The position numbers and the translations under genes were made by a program. Positions 8,741 to 16,539 of a DNA stretch of 20,000 nt are shown here, piece after piece. The stretch is from the IMG/VR virus record IMGVR_UViG_3300042141_000279. One strand, given 5' to 3'. The notes under the pieces are model-generated. The model searched no databases, had not been told where the DNA came from, and worked only from the letters and a program-made list of their open reading frames with translations. Source of the stretch: an uncultured virus (IMG/VR IMGVR_UViG_3300042141_000279) (Duplodnaviria; Heunggongvirae; Uroviricota; Caudoviricetes). How positions within the stretch are numbered: the first letter of the stretch is position 1; every line of letters starts with the position of its first letter.

Positions 8741-9229
8741 TCACGTCCCCATCGCGTAGAACTCGTACCGTTCGGAAGGCACGCCGCCAACCCGGAGGAT
8801 CGATCCCCCGACGGTCGTTCCGAACCCGTCCGAGTTCGGGCACGACAAAAGCCACGCCCCCAGCGGCCGGATCGGAAACCCGCGGAGCGTCAGGCTCCCG
8901 AGGTTGACCATCGGCGAGAAGTTCCACGACGTCACGTCCTGCCGGAAGATCGAGAACTGCGTGCCGTTCCAGCCGGCCGACAGGCCGATCGCCGACGTCT
9001 CCGAGAGGTTCTTCACGAAGAGCAACTTCACGACCGCGAGGCCGCCGGTGGCGAAGTTGATCTCGTCGTAGCCGATCGCGCCGAACGTCCTCCGCTCCGC
9101 GTACACGCGGTCGCAGTCGCCGGCGTCCACGCCGATCGAGATCGGCTTCACCTCGACACCCGTCGCCAGCCCGCTCTGCGTCGTGCGGCGGGCGTCGACG
9201 CTTGCGCGAATCTGGGCGGTGAGGGTCAT
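8741..9229 (-). CDS. Hypothetical virion protein (162 aa), paralog of 8279..8737
   Basis: Start at ATG 9229, with ATGA overlap on the adaptor stop: MTLTAQIRASV...LAVVKLLFVKNL...GGVPSERYEFYAMG. Confidence 0.8.
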   Translation of the reverse strand: MTLTAQIRASVDARRTTQSGLATGVEVKPISIGVDAGDCDRVYAERRTFGAIGYDEINFATGGLAVVKLLFVKNLSETSAIGLSAGWNGTQFSIFRQDVTSWNFSPMVNLGSLTLRGFPIRPLGAWLLSCPNSDGFGTTVGGSILRVGGVPSERYEFYAMGT

Positions 9230-9876
9230 CGGTAGCCGGCCCACCCGGAGGCCGCCAAGAGCGTGTCGAACGTCTGCGGCACCGGCAGCACCTGCGAGTA
9301 GCCGGTGACCACGGGCTGCCGCATCTCGTACCAGTGTGCGACCAAGAGCGCAATCGCCTGCCGGAGGATCGGTGGCGTCGAGGCGCCGGAGGGGCCGTAG
9401 CCGGCCGTCCACTGCACGACCACGCTGTTCTCGTCGCCACGAACCGCCGGCCAAACGCCGTTGTAGTTCGGGTAGATGCGGCCCGGCGTCGTGTAGCGGT
9501 CGACCTGAAAGTCGCCGGCGGCGCTCGAAAGCGAAAGATTCTGCCCTGCCTCGTTGCGGTAGGTGACCGTCACGGTCTCCGGCTGCATCGGCGGGCGGGG
9601 CAGAATGAGTTCCCACAGCGGGAACACGTCATAGCGGGCTTGCCAGACCTGCGTGATGACGCTGATGTCGAGGATGTCCTCGACGTACTGCCTCGCGGCC
9701 GTGATGTACGTCTGGACGAGAGCGTCGGAGGTGTCGTCGTCGATCCTGCACTGCGCCTTCGCCTCGGCGAGGCTCAACGGCTCGACCACGGGCGGCGTGG
9801 CTTGATACAGGCTCCGGTACGGCGTGATGCCGATCGTCGGTGACCTTGGCTCGCCGTAGACGATGGTGACGTTCAT
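9226..9876 (-). CDS. Head-tail connector/adaptor (HK97 gp6 / phiE125 gp8-like)
   Basis: PPVVEPLSLAEAKAQCRID...LVQTYITAARQYVE...ITQVW...LPRPP...V.V.WTAGYG...P.ILRQAIALLVAHWYEMR. Confidence 0.93.
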   Translation of the reverse strand: MNVTIVYGEPRSPTIGITPYRSLYQATPPVVEPLSLAEAKAQCRIDDDTSDALVQTYITAARQYVEDILDISVITQVWQARYDVFPLWELILPRPPMQPETVTVTYRNEAGQNLSLSSAAGDFQVDRYTTPGRIYPNYNGVWPAVRGDENSVVVQWTAGYGPSGASTPPILRQAIALLVAHWYEMRQPVVTGYSQVLPVPQTFDTLLAASGWAGYR

Positions 9877-10076
9877 TTCTTCGGCTTCCTGCGGTGCTGC
9901 TCGACGGCCCGCTCGAGCGGAGGATCGGTCGCGTCCGCGGTCTCAACCTCTGGCGGAGCAGGCCGGACCTCCTCGATCAAGCCGCGGGCGGCTAGGACGC
10001 GGGCCATCCCGTCGCCCCAGTCGAACTCTTGGCCTTCCTTGTAGTTCGCGAAGTTCTTCTTGATCCGCACTCTCAT
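9873..10076 (-). CDS. Small head-region protein (67 aa)
   Basis: ATG 10076, with ATGA overlaps at both ends. MRVRIKKNFANYKEGQEFDWGDGMARVLAARGLIEEV followed by a basic tail, typical of small genes between capsid and adaptor. Confidence 0.75.
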   Translation of the reverse strand: MRVRIKKNFANYKEGQEFDWGDGMARVLAARGLIEEVRPAPPEVETADATDPPLERAVEQHRRKPKK

Positions 10077-10801
10077 GCCACGAATCCCCACGCGCCGTCC
10101 GGCGCCTGCTGGCCGCTGTTCCAATACTCGGTCGTGTGCTGCTGAATCTTGCCGCCTTCGGTGGTGCGGCTGGGCCATGTGATCATCAGTTCGGCGTGGC
10201 CGACGCTGACGTGCGTCGCGATGCCCAGCGTGTTGCCGGCGGACTCCCATGCGCGCCAGAATGCGATGTCCTCATCGACGTGGCCGCCCGTGAACTCGCC
10301 CTGCTCGTTGGCTTTCGCCAAGAACCACGGCTTGGGCGTCTTCTTGAGCGCCGAGCACCGCAGGAACGTGCAGCCGAAGTGCGCTGTCGCGACCCGCTGG
10401 ACGGGCTTCTTGAACCAGTCCTCGTCGACCGTCGTCTGCTGCTCCGGCGTCACGCCCGGCAGGGCGAACATCACCGCGTTCGCCTCCCGCTTCGTCTGGA
10501 GCGGAGCGATCGCGTCCACGCCCGAGTGCATCAGGAGTGCGAGCAGCGCCTCGATCGTCTTCGACGTGAAGATCGTGTCGTAGTCGAAAGTGAGGATCAC
10601 GTCGTGGTTGTCCACGACGGTTTCCATCGAGCGCTGGAGGCATTGGCCCCAGAACGCCCCGGTGTACTTGATCGGCGAGATGCGATGCGGCGCGAGAGCC
10701 TGCGCGACGCAGAAGAAGTTGTCCGTGAAGCCGAGGCGTGGCGTGCTCATCAGAGCAGCCACTTTGACCTCGGCTTCCACGTTGCCGATACGCAGTAGCA
10801 T
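10073..10801 (-). CDS. Glycosyltransferase, GT-A fold (GT2-like), 242 aa
   Basis: ATG 10801 with an AAGGAG SD. DVILTFDYDTIF (DxD at 10577-10585), HFGCTFLRCSALKK..KPWF, GHVDEDIAFWRAW..AG and VSVGH are typical GT-A motifs. Confidence 0.85.
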   Translation of the reverse strand: MLLRIGNVEAEVKVAALMSTPRLGFTDNFFCVAQALAPHRISPIKYTGAFWGQCLQRSMETVVDNHDVILTFDYDTIFTSKTIEALLALLMHSGVDAIAPLQTKREANAVMFALPGVTPEQQTTVDEDWFKKPVQRVATAHFGCTFLRCSALKKTPKPWFLAKANEQGEFTGGHVDEDIAFWRAWESAGNTLGIATHVSVGHAELMITWPSRTTEGGKIQQHTTEYWNSGQQAPDGAWGFVA

Positions 10802-10876
10802 GGAGTGCTCCTTGGAAGGAGCGGGGGCGCCTCCATGCGCCTGCTCGGCCGTCATGGCCGTCCCGCTGTACGGGAA

Positions 10877-11314
10877 TCAGCCCTTGACCCACTTGGCGAC
10901 GTTGACCTCGGTCTCGGTCGACGGGAACTCCTCGCCTCGCGACAGGAGCGCCACGACGCTGACCGCGGCGGTCACGTCGGGGGTCACCGTCACGCGGAGA
11001 TACCGCTTCCGAGCCTTGCAGTCGACGTCCATCTTGACGATGGAGCCGACCGAGGTGCTCACCGCCGCCATCGTGAAGCCGCTCGCGCCGTCCTTCACGA
11101 AGGCCGCGACGTCGCTGTAGGACGAGTTGTCGTCGGACTCCTCGACCTTCAGGACGCTCGCGAACGACGTGCCGGTGGAGGGCGCCTTCGACACGACCAC
11201 GGAGGCGTAGTCATAGTTCCGGCGGTCGACGACCATCGTGGTGGTGGCGGTCGAGCCGACGGTGACCGGGCCGCTCGTGTGGCCGACGACCTTGAGGTTC
11301 TGGCTGTGGATCAT
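10877..11314 (-). CDS. Probable capsid decoration/cement protein (145 aa)
   Basis: Immediately after the MCP, with a CAGGAG SD. Beta-rich VDRRNYD...LKVEESDDNSSYSDV...KRYLRVTVT pattern is common to post-capsid genes. Confidence 0.7.
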   Translation of the reverse strand: MIHSQNLKVVGHTSGPVTVGSTATTTMVVDRRNYDYASVVVSKAPSTGTSFASVLKVEESDDNSSYSDVAAFVKDGASGFTMAAVSTSVGSIVKMDVDCKARKRYLRVTVTPDVTAAVSVVALLSRGEEFPSTETEVNVAKWVKG

Positions 11315-11333
11315 CTCTGACGTGCTCCTGTTA

Positions 11334-12698
11334 TCACGAGGCCGCGGACTTGAGGGCCACCACCGGGCCGACCTCGCTGGTCGATCCGAGGGAGTGGTGG
11401 TTCACGTCGAACCGCATCGTCCCTTGCAGGAGGAGTTGGTCCGTCGTGGCGTAGACCTGATCGTAGAGCCGGACGCTGAAGTCACGCCGGCGGGCGTAGA
11501 TGCTCGACAGGCTCATGTTGCCGAAGAGCACCTTGATCTTGCTGACGTCCGCACCCAGCGTGCTGTTCATCACATGCACGAGCGTGACGGGGTAGCCGAG
11601 GAACGTGTCGACCGTTCCAGCCTGCACGTTCTCGACGGTGTTGCCACCGGCGGCGTACTTCAGGCGGGCGATCGACGCGGCGTAGCCGGCCGGAGACACG
11701 TACCACCGAGCACCGGCCCTCGCGTAGATCGGCAACTTGCCCATCGCGGCGAGGAAGTCCTCGAGGTCGAGGGTCTCGAAGCCGGTGTTGCCAGCGATGG
11801 CACCCACAACCGAGGCGGTGTGCGTGCCGTCGTTGATCTTGTCAACGATGCCGTGGATGCCACCGTAGGTTCCGAGCGTCCCGTCACCGAGCCAGCCGCA
11901 GAGGTCGATCTTGTAGGCGAGGCTCTGGGCGAACTCGGTGGCAACTGCATCGGCCAATCCCACCACGCCCTGCGAGTCTTCGACCAACTCGGTAGACATC
12001 CTGCAACCGACCGCGAGTTTGCGGGCCACGAGCGACACGTTGCCGTAGGTCGGCTCGCTCTCGGTCACGGCCGAGCCTTCGCCGACGAAGTAGGCGGTCG
12101 TGCCGGTGAGCCGCTTGGGGATGACCAGCGTGTCGCGGGTCATCGAGATGTTCTCGCACGCCGGCGGGAGCGTCCCGTAGGACTCGACCAGACGGATCAC
12201 GCGATTGGCGAACTCGTCGGGGACGAGCGCTCCGCCGGAGGCGTTGCTGTTTTCGCCCATCGCACGGCTCTCGACGCCGTGATCCTTGCACCACCGGAGG
12301 TCTTCGGAGTTCTTGAAGATGTGCGCCCGGAGCCACCGGCCGCAGCGGTAGGCGCTCTCGACGGCGTCGGGGCCGTCACCGAAGGCACGCAGGGAGGTGT
12401 GATGCGGGAGGCTGGCCCGAATCTCGACCTTCTTCTGCTCCTCGGCGCGAGCCTCGGTCTCGGCGGGCGTCACGACGGGGGCGGGGGCCGCCTTCTCGAT
12501 GACCTCGCGGAGTTCCTTCTCCTTCTCGGCGAGCCGACGCTCGAAGCCGATCTGGGCGGTCAGTTCGCTGGCCTGAGCGCCGAGCGCGACGAACTCCTGA
12601 TTGTCCTCGGCCGAGCGATCCTCGATCTTGCCGAGTTCGGCCATGCGAGCGGCGACCGCGGCGGCCCGGTCCTGCAACTTCTTGAGATTCGACGCCAT
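11334..12698 (-). CDS. Major capsid protein, HK97 fold (454 aa), with N-terminal coiled-coil delta domain
   Basis: ATG 12698 with an AAGGAG SD. Motifs SGGALVPDEF..RVI, AYFVGEG, VSLVARKL...MSTELVEDS, TFLGYPV and VLFGN. Confidence 0.96.
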   Translation of the reverse strand: MASNLKKLQDRAAAVAARMAELGKIEDRSAEDNQEFVALGAQASELTAQIGFERRLAEKEKELREVIEKAAPAPVVTPAETEARAEEQKKVEIRASLPHHTSLRAFGDGPDAVESAYRCGRWLRAHIFKNSEDLRWCKDHGVESRAMGENSNASGGALVPDEFANRVIRLVESYGTLPPACENISMTRDTLVIPKRLTGTTAYFVGEGSAVTESEPTYGNVSLVARKLAVGCRMSTELVEDSQGVVGLADAVATEFAQSLAYKIDLCGWLGDGTLGTYGGIHGIVDKINDGTHTASVVGAIAGNTGFETLDLEDFLAAMGKLPIYARAGARWYVSPAGYAASIARLKYAAGGNTVENVQAGTVDTFLGYPVTLVHVMNSTLGADVSKIKVLFGNMSLSSIYARRRDFSVRLYDQVYATTDQLLLQGTMRFDVNHHSLGSTSEVGPVVALKSAAS

Positions 12699-12835
12699 GA
12701 TTGGCCTGCTCCTTGTTGAGCCGGCCATACGCGACGATGCGACGGCCGGCGGGTGTTCCCGCTAGCGCGCCGCAGGCGTGAATCCTCACGTCGCTCGCAC
12801 TGACCATCGCGACATCCATCGCGATGCTTGTATCT
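12699..12835 (-). promoter_or_regulatory. Structured 5' leader of the capsid gene with GGA-loop hairpins
   Basis: Minus-strand stems: CATCGCGA-TGGATG-TCGCGATG (12805-12826), CGTGA-GGAT-TCACG (12777-12790), GCGGG-AACA-CCCGC (12749-12762) and GCCGGCC...GGCCGGC (12720-12750). These are followed by ACAAGGAG at the SD. Confidence 0.6.
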
Positions 12836-12841
12836 ACTTGT

Positions 12842-12871
12842 AGGTTAACATCAACCGTCGGTGTCGTGCAA
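12842..12871 (-). promoter_or_regulatory. Putative promoter for the capsid gene: TTGCAC-N18-TAACCT
   Basis: Same -35 hexamer and spacing as the element before terS; TG dinucleotide just upstream of the -10. Confidence 0.5.
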
Positions 12872-14905
12872 CTTAGTCCAGAGCAGAGCCTCCTGAAGCG
12901 CGGCCAACTTGGCCGCTGCATCAGTCGCATCGACGTCCACGACCGGCTCCGGCTGCTGCACCTGCTCGACCTGCTGCTCGACCTCGGCGACCGCAGGCTC
13001 CGACCGCTCTGCTTCGCGTTTCATCTGCGCCACCTTTCGTGCTGACCACACTTGCCCGGCGTTTCCGCCCCACAGTTCCCACGCCACAAACCCCGGCTTT
13101 TCAGCACCCGGCGTGTCCCAGCCGGGCGACTTGCTCGCCGATTCGTGGCGTGCGAACCACGCATTCATCTCGCGGACGTGGTCCGGCGTGAGTTCCTCGC
13201 GGCGTGCGATCTTATTCGCCCTCGCGACCGTCTCCGGCTTGAGGCCGTCGCCGGACTTGCCCTCCTCGTGGAGGCGGAGTCCACGGCGGGCCGCGGCGGC
13301 CATGCCGGCCGTCGGCTTCAGGTCGACTTCTCGCTCCTCGACGTCCGCCTCGACGCTCCGCTCCTTCGACGACTTCGGGTGGTCGGCCGGCAGGAGGTCG
13401 TTGTCGGTGACGTACTTCGCGTCCTGCGGCCTGCCGTTTCGCAGGAGGTACAGGTAGGCGTTCACGCGGGCCATCGCCCACGCGCCGCGGCTCACGCCCG
13501 GCCGGTGGCTGGTCGAATACGCCCCGGCGCCTCGCCGGTAGACCGCGAGCAACTGCCCGAGCGTCGTCCGAGACCACGACGGCTTCTCGTCCTCACGCAT
13601 GGCTTCGTTGTGGTCGCGGACCTTGTTCTGGAGGCCGGCTCGAACCGCCTGCGACACGGCGATCCGGCCACTCGCGTTCTTCGCCGATCCCTCTTTGTTC
13701 TTGTCGCTGCCGGCGATCCGGTCCTTCTCCGGGGCGGGCGTCGACTGGGACTTGTCGCCGGCGGCACGGTCCTCTTCGTCGTCCTCGTCTGGCTCCGGCT
13801 GGTCGGTCTTCGTGAGTTCCGAGACCATCACGGCGACCATGTAGTCTTCAGGCTCGCCGTCGTCGAACGGCGTCACCACGGCCAGCGGCGCCTCCGGCGT
13901 CGCCGTCATGCCTTGGATCGAGCCTTCACGCATGACGTGCTCGACGCGGCCGATGCTGCCGTCCCACGCGACGAAGTCGCCTTCGGAGAGTTCGTTCGGG
14001 GCGGCGCGATCCTCGGCCGTTCCAGATTCTGGAATCTGGAATGCAGCCTCCGGCGTCCGAACTTCGCTCTCTCGCTGTGCGAGAGAGCGACGCTGCACCC
14101 ACTTCTCGCCGCCGTCGCCGCCGGCCAGCATCCACTCGACCCACGCCGGCGAGCCGGACCAGCCGACGGAACGGACCTCGTGGCACCGCTGATGCGTGCC
14201 GGCGAGGAACTCGACCTCCTCGACGGAGAGAACCTCGCGCTCCGCGATGCGTTCGGCGACCGCGACGAGCCGCTCGTCGAAGTCACCACGCGACTTGGCG
14301 GCCCGCAGACCCTTCCGAGCCGCGTTCGCCATCGTCTGATTCGGCCGGAAAGCGTCGCCGAGGGCCATTTCGATCGCCCGACGGCTCACGACCACGCTGG
14401 ACGCCTCGTAGGCAGGCCGAACGACTGGTCCGACGTCGTCGAGCAGTGAGATCGAGCGGATTTCTCGCCGGCGGATGCCTCGTTCGTCCGTGCTCCACGA
14501 GTCTCCGCCGCTCCGAGACACTGCGAACGCGAAACTCGACCCGGTGACGTACCCGCCGGAGACCAATTCGACGACCTCGTCGGCCGTTTTCGTCTTCGGA
14601 GGCATCATTTCGTAGCGCAGGCCGTAGGGATCGGCCTTCAGGCGGAGCGAACCGTTCGCGGAACGCGCCAAAAGCATATTTTTGTCGTGGTTGAACACGC
14701 CGACGACGTCGGGATTCGTCTTCAGGACGTCATCGAACGCCCGCGGGTGGATGGTCTCGATGAAACCACCCAAATCTCTCGAAGGCGACTGGAATACGGC
14801 CGCATACCCGACAATCACGGGCCGCTTTTCGCCGCCGTCGACCTCGCGGTACTCGATCGCCGTGTCGGATGCGGTGATCCGGCGCTCAATTTCGTTCGCG
14901 GACAT
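12851..14905 (-). CDS. HK97-type prohead maturation protease with a ~500 aa multi-domain C-terminal extension (684 aa)
   Basis: The N-terminal ~180 aa carry IVGYAAVF, DLGGFIETI...AF, FNHD (His), GSSFAF (Ser) and DVGPV.RPAY. GAGGAG SD. Confidence 0.92.
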   Translation of the reverse strand: MSANEIERRITASDTAIEYREVDGGEKRPVIVGYAAVFQSPSRDLGGFIETIHPRAFDDVLKTNPDVVGVFNHDKNMLLARSANGSLRLKADPYGLRYEMMPPKTKTADEVVELVSGGYVTGSSFAFAVSRSGGDSWSTDERGIRRREIRSISLLDDVGPVVRPAYEASSVVVSRRAIEMALGDAFRPNQTMANAARKGLRAAKSRGDFDERLVAVAERIAEREVLSVEEVEFLAGTHQRCHEVRSVGWSGSPAWVEWMLAGGDGGEKWVQRRSLAQRESEVRTPEAAFQIPESGTAEDRAAPNELSEGDFVAWDGSIGRVEHVMREGSIQGMTATPEAPLAVVTPFDDGEPEDYMVAVMVSELTKTDQPEPDEDDEEDRAAGDKSQSTPAPEKDRIAGSDKNKEGSAKNASGRIAVSQAVRAGLQNKVRDHNEAMREDEKPSWSRTTLGQLLAVYRRGAGAYSTSHRPGVSRGAWAMARVNAYLYLLRNGRPQDAKYVTDNDLLPADHPKSSKERSVEADVEEREVDLKPTAGMAAAARRGLRLHEEGKSGDGLKPETVARANKIARREELTPDHVREMNAWFARHESASKSPGWDTPGAEKPGFVAWELWGGNAGQVWSARKVAQMKREAERSEPAVAEVEQQVEQVQQPEPVVDVDATDAAAKLAALQEALLWTKLHDTDG

Positions 14906-16538
14906 CGTTCTCCTCCTCGAAATGAGCCTCGAACCAGCGATCGGTGACCGTTTCGTAGGGTTTTCCGCTGCGATGACAGTCCAAAAGCAGGTCTTTCGAG
15001 CGCTCTAGCCACGATACCACGAACGAGTCAATGTCTCGACCAGTAGCATTTGCTGCGTCGAGTAACTCTTCACGCAGTTTCTCCTCGACTTGGCCGAACC
15101 ATTGCGTGATTTTCTCCGCTTTCGACCGGCGGGCGAGGATTCCGTCGGCTTCGACGGCTGCGATGCGTCGGAGAGTCGTGCGGAAAAGTGCTTCGGATGC
15201 GTCGATGGATCGGTCGGCCTCGGCTTCCGCTGGCGGTTGGTCGCCGTCTTGCTGCTCTGGAGGCTGCTCCTCGGCCGGGAGGCTGGTCGGAGGGGCTTGG
15301 GGCGGCTGGCCGTTCGGTGTCTCAAGGGTGAATGCGTCCAGAAGTTGCATATTGACCTGCACGAACCGCTTCTTGCCGAGGTCGCCGGGGAGCGGGTTGT
15401 AGCCGATCTCCGCCCGGTACTCGTCGACATCGAGGGCGCCCGTGTTGAACGCCTCGCGGAGGTACGTTGAGCGGGCCGCGTAGTCGCCGGCCATGAGCGA
15501 GTTCATATCGAACCCGACGAAGTACGTCTTGTCGTCCACCACGAGGTCGCGACGGCACGCCAACTCCCACCGCCGGCACCACGGCATGATGCTGAACGTC
15601 TTGTAGTCGATCGCCGCCTGCTCCACCGTGCTGTAGCGGACATTCGACAGGTCGCCGACCAGATGGGGAGGCACCCGGTATGCCCGGCAGACCTCCTCCA
15701 ACTGGAAGCGCCGTGTGGACACAAGTTCCGCGTCTGCGTTGTTGACCGGATCGTCCTTCTTCTTGAAGCCGAACGGCATCACGACGGTCTTGAACGCTCG
15801 CTCCGGCCCGCGATGTGCCTCGTCCCACTGCTGGCGGAACCGCTGGAGAGCCTCCGGCTTGTGGGGCTGGTCGGTCTCGATGTACGTGCCGACCTTGGCT
15901 CCGTTGCCGAAGAACGCGCTCGAGTGCAGTTCCGTCGCCCGAGCGAGGGCGATCGCGTCCTTCGACAGGGCCGTTGGCACGTACCCTCGAACGCCGTCCG
16001 ATGACATCCACCGCAGGTGAAAAATCTCGTCCTGCCGGTACTCCGTCGGCTGCGGGTTCGGGTCGGTCACCGTCGCCGGCTCGCGGTAGTAGTACCGCAG
16101 TTTGCCGTTCTCGAGCCGCTTCACCTCCATCCGCGACGGGTGGAGCGGGATCAACTCGTCCACGGCGCCGCGGCGGATGCTGCCCTTGATGTGGGCGTAG
16201 GCGTTCCCCCACAAGAGAAGCCACGACTGCATGAGTTCCTTGAACTCAAAACTCGTCATCCACGAGTTGGGCTGGTAGGCCAGAATCTCGTGGAGCGGCT
16301 GGTCGTCGGCGATCTCCTTGCCGCCGCCGGGGAGCCGTCGGTACAGGTTCGTCGGCATCGCCGCGATCGACTCCGACAGGAGCCGGACGCAGGCCAGCAC
16401 GGCCGTGCATTCAAGCGCCGTCTCAGGCGAGACGTGGACGCCGGCGGCCGTCTTCCGCGACTCCGCGATCTCCTCGAAGACCCGTGACAGGCTCTGCGAC
16501 CGCAGCGACAAGAGGCCCGTGTACGGCGCTTCGTCCAT
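14886..16538 (-). CDS. Portal protein, HK97 family (550 aa)
   Basis: AVLACVRLLSESIAAMP, HEILAYQPNSWMTSFEF, LLLWGNAYA, LIPLHPSRM, DEIFHLR, FFGNGA, EEVCRAYRVPPHLVG and EYRAEIGYNP. Confidence 0.97.
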   Translation of the reverse strand: MDEAPYTGLLSLRSQSLSRVFEEIAESRKTAAGVHVSPETALECTAVLACVRLLSESIAAMPTNLYRRLPGGGKEIADDQPLHEILAYQPNSWMTSFEFKELMQSWLLLWGNAYAHIKGSIRRGAVDELIPLHPSRMEVKRLENGKLRYYYREPATVTDPNPQPTEYRQDEIFHLRWMSSDGVRGYVPTALSKDAIALARATELHSSAFFGNGAKVGTYIETDQPHKPEALQRFRQQWDEAHRGPERAFKTVVMPFGFKKKDDPVNNADAELVSTRRFQLEEVCRAYRVPPHLVGDLSNVRYSTVEQAAIDYKTFSIMPWCRRWELACRRDLVVDDKTYFVGFDMNSLMAGDYAARSTYLREAFNTGALDVDEYRAEIGYNPLPGDLGKKRFVQVNMQLLDAFTLETPNGQPPQAPPTSLPAEEQPPEQQDGDQPPAEAEADRSIDASEALFRTTLRRIAAVEADGILARRSKAEKITQWFGQVEEKLREELLDAANATGRDIDSFVVSWLERSKDLLLDCHRSGKPYETVTDRWFEAHFEEENDVRERN

Positions 16539-16539
16539 G

